Shown here piece by piece: positions 7,144 to 12,449 of a stretch of DNA of 12,449 nucleotides. Position numbers and translations under genes: made by a program. The DNA is taken from contig JAVYNJ010000014.1 of NCBI GenBank assembly GCA_038735675.1, forward strand, positions 1,895-14,343. Direction: 5' to 3'. The notes below the pieces were generated by a model. The model was not told where the DNA came from. It searched no databases and was given only the letters and a program-made list of their open reading frames with translations. The number at the start of each line of letters is the position of its first letter. The stretch's first letter is position 1. The DNA is from Nanopusillaceae archaeon (GTDB lineage: Archaea; Nanobdellota; Nanobdellia; Nanobdellales; Nanobdellaceae).

Positions 7144-8419
7144 AATTTATAGAATATATAAGATATAATATTCCTTCCTTTATTTTTCCCATTTCTATAA
7201 GATCTTTTCCATATACAAAATAATTATATGAGGTAATTGAAAAACCATTTTTTCCATATAAGAATTTTAGATACTCTTCAACGCTATTTACAAATTTTTT
7301 GGTATCTATTTCATAGTTAGAGAAAAGTTCATTATATATTTTGGATAAAATCTCTCTTTTTTCAAAACAAGAATTGTTATTTTCAAGATTTTCATTAATT
7401 AGATATTTTAGAATTGCATAATCATTTTCTATAATTTTACATGTATTTTTTCTTTCAAGGTTTTCAAATTCCTTTAAAATCTTATACCAACCTTTTGCTG
7501 TATAAAATCTCCAATATTTTTGATTTATATCTGATGCTTCTTTACTCATATTTATTCTTAGTAGAATCTGAAATTTTATTTCTTCGCACGTAAATGTCCT
7601 GCAGTTGTAATTCATTATATCTTTTTCGAAATCTAAGATTTCTTTCTCTAAATCCGTTGGTAATGAATATATAAAATCTTCATTTTTAGATTTTTCAATA
7701 AAACAGAGACTTGCAGCCGTATAAAAGGAATTTTTATTTATTAGATTTTTTATTTCTTCATTTTCCAATCCATTGCATATATCCAAAGCTATTTCTTTCA
7801 AAACTAAATAATATTTCTCTGGAATCTTTAAATAGTTTCTTTTTTGATAATTTAATAAATAATTTTCTATATCTAACATAGTGTATGCTTGCAATATATC
7901 TTTGGAATAGTTTGATGGTGCAATTAAAGTTAAATTTTTAGATAAAGAAGCATTTAATTTTTCAGCTATTCCTCCCACAGGCAGAATCAATCCGTTAGGT
8001 AAGACAAATCCTGTAATTGAAATATTTTGTTTGTTTTTAATTTTATATATTTCGTACAATATTAAAGTAGCTAAACCAGCAGTTCCTGAAAATCCTTCAC
8101 CAGAAAATTTTTCTTTGGTATAAAATATATAATCATATTTATCACAATTTTCTATTATTTTACAAATAGCTGATTTTGCAATTATAAAAGAAATTTGATA
8201 GTTTTGTGTGAAAACATTAGGAATCTCTGAGAAAACCCTACCACTCCCATAAATGGTCTTCAAACAAAATTGAGTAATCACTCCTTCGTTTTTAAGAATC
8301 GCAGGAATATATATACAGCTCTCTTCAGGTCTTATGTTTTTTATATAAAAATATATAGTAGTTAAGAATATTAAAGAGATTAAAAGAAACAGCCAAATAT
8401 AAAATTCTTTATTTTTCAT
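7133..8419 (-). CDS. Membrane-anchored Lon-like (S16-type) serine protease domain protein without an ATPase module, plus an uncharacterised C-terminal helical half
   Basis: N-terminal TM helix (FYIWLFLLISLIFLTTIYFYI). GEGFSGTAGLATL aligns with the Lon G-P-S-A-G catalytic Ser block (Ser111, nt 8087-8089). LPVGGIAEKLNAS aligns with the Lon GG-x-x-x-K catalytic Lys block (Lys154, nt 7958-7960). The Ser-Lys spacing is 43 residues, as in E. coli Lon S679/K722. No Walker motifs. Residues from about 190 to 428 are not recognised. Confidence 0.55.
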   Translation of the reverse strand: MKNKEFYIWLFLLISLIFLTTIYFYIKNIRPEESCIYIPAILKNEGVITQFCLKTIYGSGRVFSEIPNVFTQNYQISFIIAKSAICKIIENCDKYDYIFYTKEKFSGEGFSGTAGLATLILYEIYKIKNKQNISITGFVLPNGLILPVGGIAEKLNASLSKNLTLIAPSNYSKDILQAYTMLDIENYLLNYQKRNYLKIPEKYYLVLKEIALDICNGLENEEIKNLINKNSFYTAASLCFIEKSKNEDFIYSLPTDLEKEILDFEKDIMNYNCRTFTCEEIKFQILLRINMSKEASDINQKYWRFYTAKGWYKILKEFENLERKNTCKIIENDYAILKYLINENLENNNSCFEKREILSKIYNELFSNYEIDTKKFVNSVEEYLKFLYGKNGFSITSYNYFVYGKDLIEMGKIKEGILYLIYSINYAI

Positions 8420-8482
8420 TTATATATTTTTACTTCTAAAATAAATAAATTTCTTTATATTCTATGAAATATTAAAAGAATT

Positions 8483-8567
8483 CGCCGCGGGAGGGATTTG
8501 AACCCTCGCCTCCTTTTCGGAGATCTGGTCTCCAGCCAGACCCCTTGGTCCACTCGGGCACCGCGGC
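8483..8567 (-). tRNA. tRNA-Ser (anticodon GGA), class II with long variable arm, 85 nt, no encoded CCA
   Basis: The reverse complement reads GCCGCGG-TG-CCC-GAGTGGACCAA-GGG-G-TCTGG-CUGGAGA-CCAGA-[T CTCC GAAAA GGAG GC]-GAGGG-TTCAAAT-CCCTC-CCGCGGC-G. All stems pair, and the discriminator is G. Confidence 0.9.
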
Positions 8568-8603
8568 ATTAAGATATATTAATCTATAATCATTTTAGAT
8601 TTT

Positions 8604-8810
8604 ATGAAGAAAATAAAAATATTTATAGAAAGAGATATGAAAGAGTTTGAATTAGAGTTTGATGGTAACACAGTTAAAGATCTTTTAAATAATTTGAATC
8701 TTGACTGGTCTAGAATTGTTGTTTTAAAAAATGGAGAGATTGTTACGGAAGACGAATTTATAAATAGTGGAGATTATATAAAAATTCTTGATGCTGTTTC
8801 AGGTGGATAG
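8604..8810 (+). CDS. ThiS/MoaD-family ubiquitin-like beta-grasp protein (SAMP/Urm1-like sulfur carrier or modifier) ending in Gly-Gly
   Basis: 68 aa with the typical ThiS/MoaD pattern: TVKDLLNNL, VLKNGEIV, a DEFINSGDYIKIL block and C-terminal AVSGG immediately before the stop (GG codons 8802-8807). Confidence 0.75.
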   Translation: MKKIKIFIERDMKEFELEFDGNTVKDLLNNLNLDWSRIVVLKNGEIVTEDEFINSGDYIKILDAVSGG

Positions 8811-8885
8811 CGGGCCCGCGGGGATTTGAACCCCGGGCCTACGGCTTAGAAGGCCGTCGCTCTATCCAAGCTGAGCTACGGGCCC
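8811..8885 (-). tRNA. tRNA-Arg (anticodon UCU), 75 nt, no encoded CCA
   Basis: The reverse complement reads GGGCCCG-TA-GCTC-AGCTTGGATA-GAGC-G-ACGGC-CUUCUAA-GCCGT-AGGCC-CGGGG-TTCAAAT-CCCCG-CGGGCCC-G, a perfect cloverleaf. Its 3' end abuts the stop codon of the SAMP-like gene with no spacer. Confidence 0.9.
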
Positions 8886-8908
8886 ATTTTTCATAAATTG
8901 TTAATCAA

Positions 8909-8916
8909 ATTTAAAT
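8909..8916 (-). promoter_or_regulatory. TATA-like box ATTTAAAT upstream of tRNA-Arg
   Basis: It lies at -31 to -24 relative to the mature tRNA-Arg 5' end (8885) and overlaps the tatD stop codon (8911-8913). Confidence 0.3.
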
Positions 8917-9669
8917 AATTTTTATGTTAAAAACTTTTTTTAAGTTATCAACTATTTTAGCATATAGTTCGTTTATATCAACGTTTTTGATTTTCGATAT
9001 CGTTTCTAGGCCAAAAATTATTTTCCAAGAATTGTTTTCTCTTTTTTCAATAGGATCTAAAAATGGGGAATCAGTTTCCGTAAAAATAAGTTCTGTAGGT
9101 ATTTTTTCTACAATTTTTTGAAGATATCTATCTTTATAGACAAACGCAGGTATAGAAAAATAAAAGTTGTTATCTATTGCTTTATTTACTAATTCTAATT
9201 TCCAGAAAGAATGTAAAATTTTTTTACATTTATAACTAGTTGATATATCTATAACTTCTTTTTCAGCATTTCTGGAGTGTAATATTACTGGTTTATTTAT
9301 TTTTTCTGCCACTTCTAAAAACTTTTCAAACCAAAATATTTCCTTTTTTATTAGTTCTTGTTCTTTTATCCAATAGAAATCCAATCCTATTTCTCCAATA
9401 GCCACAAATTTTTCATTATCAACTTTTAATATAAAATTTAAAGTATTTTCTATAATATCTTCAGAATATTTCACTATATCGGTAGGATGAAATCCTAAAG
9501 CACCATACAAGATATTATATTTTTTGATTTCTTCAATTATTTTTTTGTTAGTTTCGTAATTAAGTCCATTTTCGATGATTAATTTAACATTTTTTTTAAT
9601 ATTTTCATTTATTTTTTCATCTAAATTTTTATACATGAATAAATGAGAATGGACGTCTATGATCATCAA
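8911..9669 (-). CDS. tatD: TatD-family metal-dependent hydrolase/nuclease
   Basis: IDVHSHL, GFHPTD, IGEIGLDFYW, PVILHSRNAEKEV, LHSF and TETDSPFL match the metal-ligand motifs of the TatD/amidohydrolase fold. 252 aa. Confidence 0.85.
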   Translation of the reverse strand: MMIIDVHSHLFMYKNLDEKINENIKKNVKLIIENGLNYETNKKIIEEIKKYNILYGALGFHPTDIVKYSEDIIENTLNFILKVDNEKFVAIGEIGLDFYWIKEQELIKKEIFWFEKFLEVAEKINKPVILHSRNAEKEVIDISTSYKCKKILHSFWKLELVNKAIDNNFYFSIPAFVYKDRYLQKIVEKIPTELIFTETDSPFLDPIEKRENNSWKIIFGLETISKIKNVDINELYAKIVDNLKKVFNIKII

Positions 9670-9670
9670 T

Positions 9671-9680
9671 TTTTATATAT
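9671..9680 (+). promoter_or_regulatory. TATA-like box (TTTTATATAT) for rfcS
   Basis: Centred about 26 nt upstream of the rfcS ATG (9701), directly next to the divergent tatD start codon (9669). Confidence 0.3.
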
Positions 9681-9690
9681 CTATAAATTA

Positions 9691-9700
9691 AAATATATTT
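9691..9700 (-). promoter_or_regulatory. TATA-like box (AAATATATTT) for tatD
   Basis: Centred about 26 nt upstream of the tatD ATG (9669) on the minus strand, directly next to the rfcS start codon. Confidence 0.3.
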
Positions 9701-10663
9701 ATGACTTATGAAATATGGACAGAAAAATATAGGCCAAGGAGATTATCAGAAATAAAAGGGCAAGATGAAATTATAAAACATTTAAAAGCATTTGTAGAAC
9801 AAAAAAGTCTTCCACATTTATTATTTTCTGGTCCTCCAGGTGTTGGAAAAACTACAGCAGCTTTAGCATTAGCTAGAGAATTATATGGAGATGAACAATG
9901 GAAAACGAATTTTTTAGAGCTTAATGCTTCTGATGAAAGAGGAATAGATGTTATTAGAGAAAAAGTAAAAGAATTTGCTAAAACTAAACCTATCGGAGAT
10001 GTTCCATTTAAAATAATATTCTTGGATGAGGCAGATGCGATGACAAGAGATGCTCAGCACGCTTTAAGAAGAATAATGGAACAATATGCAACTGTTACTA
10101 GATTTATTTTATCTTGTAATTATTCATCAAAGATTATTGAGCCTATACAATCAAGAACTGTTGTATTTAGATTTAAATCACTTTCTAAGGAATCCGTCTT
10201 CGAAATTTTAAGTGATATTGCAAAAAAGGAAAATATAAATATTGATGAAGAATCTTTAGAAGCATTGTATTATATATCCGAAGGTGATATGAGAAAAGCA
10301 ATAAATATATTACAAGCTGCTGCAATTTATAATAAAAATATTTCTTCTGATATAATTTATGAAGTTGCTTCAGTTGCAAAACCTAAAGAATTGCAAGAAA
10401 TATTAAATTTAGCCTATTCTGGAAAATTTAGCGAAGCTAGAGAAAAGATCATAGATGTAATGATAAAATATGGATTAGCAGGAGAAGATCTAGTAAAGTT
10501 ATTATCTAAGGAGGTTATTAATTTAAATCTAAATGATAAAGAAAAGTTAGAAGTTTTGTACTATCTTGGAGAAGTTGAATTTAGACTTATGGAAGGAGGA
10601 AATCCTATAGTTCAGTTAGGAGCATTTTTAGCTTATTTGGGATTAAAAGGTATTAAGAAATAA
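9701..10663 (+). CDS. rfcS: Replication factor C small subunit (clamp loader)
   Basis: [18 protein letters not shown], Walker A (GPPGVGKTT), Walker B/DEAD (FLDEADAMT), sensor-1 and an SRC-type motif (QSRT, with T replacing C), and GDMRKAIN. No intein. Confidence 0.92.
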   Translation: MTYEIWTEKYRPRRLSEIKGQDEIIKHLKAFVEQKSLPHLLFSGPPGVGKTTAALALARELYGDEQWKTNFLELNASDERGIDVIREKVKEFAKTKPIGDVPFKIIFLDEADAMTRDAQHALRRIMEQYATVTRFILSCNYSSKIIEPIQSRTVVFRFKSLSKESVFEILSDIAKKENINIDEESLEALYYISEGDMRKAINILQAAAIYNKNISSDIIYEVASVAKPKELQEILNLAYSGKFSEAREKIIDVMIKYGLAGEDLVKLLSKEVINLNLNDKEKLEVLYYLGEVEFRLMEGGNPIVQLGAFLAYLGLKGIKK

Positions 10664-11073
10664 TGGATATAACAAAATTTCCAAAGTTTTTAATTTGGAT
10701 ATCGATTTTTATTTTTATCGTTTTTGTTTTATATTTTGGTTATACTTTATTGGCTTATAGATTTTCAAAACCCTATGAAAAATATTTATTTGTAGATTGT
10801 TTCTACAGTAATGGAACATCAACTGTAATCTTTACTGCAAAAGATAATATAAAAAATATTGCTGTATATGATATAAATTTACAAAATAAATGTGAAATAA
10901 AAATTTTGTATAAAGATTCTATGGATTTATGTAAAATTAATAATGTAAAAGAAGGGGAAAAGGTATTTATAAAAATAAATTTCGAAGTAAATAATAAAAC
11001 TTATTCTGCAGTTTCTGAATGTAAAATTGAAGAGAAAAAAAGCTTATTAAATTGGTTATTTGGCAAACAATGA
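10663..11073 (+). CDS. Hypothetical small membrane protein (136 aa) with one N-terminal TM helix and a Cys-containing beta-rich domain
   Basis: The ATG overlaps the rfcS stop (TAATG) and its TGA overlaps the rfcL ATG (ATGA). TM segment FLIWISIFIFIVFVLYFGYTLLAY. Four Cys (46, 77, 90, 120) and two N-x-T sequons (NGT, NKT). No family recognised. Confidence 0.55.
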   Translation: MDITKFPKFLIWISIFIFIVFVLYFGYTLLAYRFSKPYEKYLFVDCFYSNGTSTVIFTAKDNIKNIAVYDINLQNKCEIKILYKDSMDLCKINNVKEGEKVFIKINFEVNNKTYSAVSECKIEEKKSLLNWLFGKQ

Positions 11074-12293
11074 AAAGTTTGTGGATAAAGAAGTATGCTC
11101 CAAAGAATTCTTATGAAATAGTAAACCAATCTGATGCAATATCAGAAATAAAAGATTTTATTTTAAAAAAATATAAAGATAAAAAAGGTTTGTTGCTTTA
11201 TGGTCCTCCTGGTACTGGAAAAACTTGTTCTGTTTATGCAATAGCTAATGAACTGAATTATGAAGTCGTAGAAATTAATGCATCGGATTTTAGAACTGCT
11301 AAAGTAATTCATGAACGTCTCGACGAAGCTATAAAAGGTAAAACATTTTTTTATAAGGGAAGAATTATACTTATTGATGAAATAGATGGTTTGGCTGGAT
11401 TTTACGATAAGGGTGGAATCGGCGCAATAATAAATATTATTGAAGAATCAAAATGGCCAGTAATTCTTACAGCAAATGATCCATGGGATCCCAAATTTAA
11501 AAAATTAAGAGATATGTGTAAGTTGGTAGAATTTAAAAAGTTATCAACTACAGATATATTTAAAGCTCTTAAAAGAATTTCTTTAGCAGAAAAATTAGAT
11601 GTTGATGATGAAGTATTAAAAAGTTTAGCACAGAGATCACAAGGAGATATGAGAAGCGCCATAAACGATTTGCAGACTCTTTCTAATCTTGGAAAAAGAA
11701 TTACTATGAGTGATTTAGTTATATTGGGTTATAGAGATCGAGAAATTCAAATATTTCAAGCTTTAGGTCAATTTTTCAAATCTACTACTCTAAACTCAGC
11801 AAAAAATATATTTATGAATCTTGATATGGATCCTGAAGAAATAGAAGCATGGATAGAAGAGAATATAGCTAATGAATATGAAAATATTGATGAAATATTT
11901 GAAGCTTATGATTGGATGAGTAAAGCTAGAATATTTTATGGAAGAATTTATGTAAGACAATATTGGGATCTTTTAAAATATTATACAGCATTAATGTATG
12001 GAGGAGTTGCTTTAGCTAAAAAACAATCATATAGAAAATTTACTAAATATAGAATGCCAATGTTGTTTAGAAAATTATCCAAAAGTAAAGAAACTAGAGA
12101 AAAAGTGGAAGGTATATTGAAGGATCTTAAAAAAATATTGCATACTTCTACAAAGAGAATAAGAGAAGTATATATAAATTTAGTTTATTCACTTTCAAAA
12201 TTAAATGAGAATTTAGCAAAAGAATATTTGAAGTCTTTGAATTTAAAAGAATCGGAAGTAGAATATATAATAGAATTAATTAAAAATCTATGA
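11070..12293 (+). CDS. rfcL: Replication factor C large subunit (clamp loader)
   Basis: WIKKYAPKNSYEIVNQ, Walker A (GPPGTGKTC), Walker B (ILIDEIDG), GDMRSAINDLQ and a REIQIFQALGQFF block fit archaeal RfcL. ATG 11070 (MKSLWIKKY) is preferred over the track's TTG at 11052. Confidence 0.85.
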   Translation: MKSLWIKKYAPKNSYEIVNQSDAISEIKDFILKKYKDKKGLLLYGPPGTGKTCSVYAIANELNYEVVEINASDFRTAKVIHERLDEAIKGKTFFYKGRIILIDEIDGLAGFYDKGGIGAIINIIEESKWPVILTANDPWDPKFKKLRDMCKLVEFKKLSTTDIFKALKRISLAEKLDVDDEVLKSLAQRSQGDMRSAINDLQTLSNLGKRITMSDLVILGYRDREIQIFQALGQFFKSTTLNSAKNIFMNLDMDPEEIEAWIEENIANEYENIDEIFEAYDWMSKARIFYGRIYVRQYWDLLKYYTALMYGGVALAKKQSYRKFTKYRMPMLFRKLSKSKETREKVEGILKDLKKILHTSTKRIREVYINLVYSLSKLNENLAKEYLKSLNLKESEVEYIIELIKNL

Positions 12294-12449
12294 AAATAAT
12301 AAGTAAACAAAAAATTTTGCAAATTTTTAAGGAACTTTTTAAGGAATATGGAATAGAAAATATAAATTTAGAAGATTTTATCTTTTTATCAAATAAAGAA
12401 GGAAAAATTTTTATTGCTAACGCAGATCTAAAAAATTTTATAGATAAAA
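12290..12449 (+). CDS. 5' part of an ORF running off the window; possibly a Nip7-like/pre-PUA domain protein (weak)
   Basis: The ATG overlaps the rfcL stop (ATGA). 53 stop-free codons reach the window edge (MKIISKQKILQIFKELFKEYGIENINLEDFIFLSNKEGKIFIANADLKNFIDK). The pattern resembles the N-termini of archaeal Nip7/UPF0113 proteins, judged by eye only. Confidence 0.45.
   Translation, partial: MKIISKQKILQIFKELFKEYGIENINLEDFIFLSNKEGKIFIANADLKNFIDK

Noticed and set aside
8420-8482. A possible small ncRNA (C/D-box sRNA) in the largest non-coding gap
   Set aside because: It is 63 nt of near-pure A/T with no C (RUGAUGA) or D (CUGA) box pair and no stem potential. It more likely holds the protease gene's promoter and a short T-tract after tRNA-Ser.
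7133-8810. The Lon-like protease plus the SAMP-like protein as a minimal ubiquitin-like proteolysis cassette
   Set aside because: The genes are divergent, separated by a tRNA gene, and no E1, JAMM or proteasome component is present in the window. Adjacency in a genome this compact is not evidence of a functional link.
1901-8885. Split, permuted or intron-containing tRNA genes, as known in Nanoarchaeota
   Set aside because: All three tRNAs fold as contiguous canonical cloverleaves with 7-nt anticodon loops. I saw no bulge-helix-bulge motif and no orphan GC-rich half-tRNA islands elsewhere in the window.
8924-9121. 65-aa plus-strand ORF inside tatD
   Set aside because: It is antisense to the TatD gene and has no recognisable features. 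It is best explained as a chance ORF.
520-11069. Track start codons at 520 (rnz), 5396 (rps3ae) and 11052 (rfcL)
   Set aside because: All three are TTG codons a few codons upstream of an in-frame ATG (529, 5405, 11070). The ATGs give family-typical N-termini and, for rnz and rfcL, an ATGA overlap with the upstream stop.
10185-11662. Minus-strand ORFs 10185..10379 (64 aa) and 11402..11662 (86 aa) inside rfcS and rfcL
   Set aside because: They are antisense to strongly conserved AAA+ clamp-loader genes and have no motifs.
11757-11777. QALGQFF in RfcL as a PCNA-interacting (PIP) box, and the absence of a canonical C-terminal PIP in a 407-aa RfcL
   Set aside because: The spacing is one residue short of Qxx[LIM]xx[FY][FY], and the segment is internal, in a conserved helical block. 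Crenarchaeal-type RfcL proteins of about 400 aa exist and PIP motifs are degenerate, so neither point is notable without a search.
1-12449. CRISPR arrays, transposons or insertion sequences, integrases, prophage remnants, toxin-antitoxin or known defence modules
   Set aside because: I saw no spaced direct repeats, terminal inverted repeats, recombinase, nuclease-helicase or defence-type motifs in any frame. Every long ORF is accounted for by housekeeping or small hypothetical genes.

Overview
Archaeal chromosome segment, very AT-rich (about three-quarters A+T by eye) and extremely compact. It holds 14 protein genes, two cut by the window edges, and 3 tRNA genes, with almost no non-coding DNA. 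The content is mostly housekeeping. In order: a partial GT2 glycosyltransferase; RNase Z; two small E/K-rich coiled-coil proteins bracketing tRNA-Gly(GCC); archaeal-type leucyl-tRNA synthetase; ribosomal protein S3Ae/eS1; a PUA plus class-I SAM methyltransferase (RlmI-like); a membrane-anchored, ATPase-less Lon-like Ser-Lys protease; tRNA-Ser(GGA); a 68-aa ThiS/MoaD/SAMP-type ubiquitin-like protein ending in GG; tRNA-Arg(UCU); a TatD hydrolase; and an RFC clamp-loader operon (rfcS, small membrane protein, rfcL, next gene) joined by ATGA/TAATG overlaps. GC-rich tRNAs in an AT-rich, overlapping-gene genome suggest a small-genome thermophilic archaeon, possibly Nanoarchaeota/DPANN-like; this is inference only. 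I found no CRISPR array, transposase, integrase, toxin-antitoxin pair or recognisable defence gene, and no convincing evidence of a new multi-gene system. This looks like an ordinary core-genome region. Modest second-look items are: (1) the paralogous coiled-coil pair around tRNA-Gly and the tRNA-to-mRNA co-transcription it implies; (2) the Lon-like protease with an uncharacterised C-terminal half; (3) a Cys-containing membrane protein translationally coupled inside the RFC operon; (4) the SAMP-like gene wedged between two tRNAs; (5) interleaved divergent TATA boxes implying leaderless transcripts.
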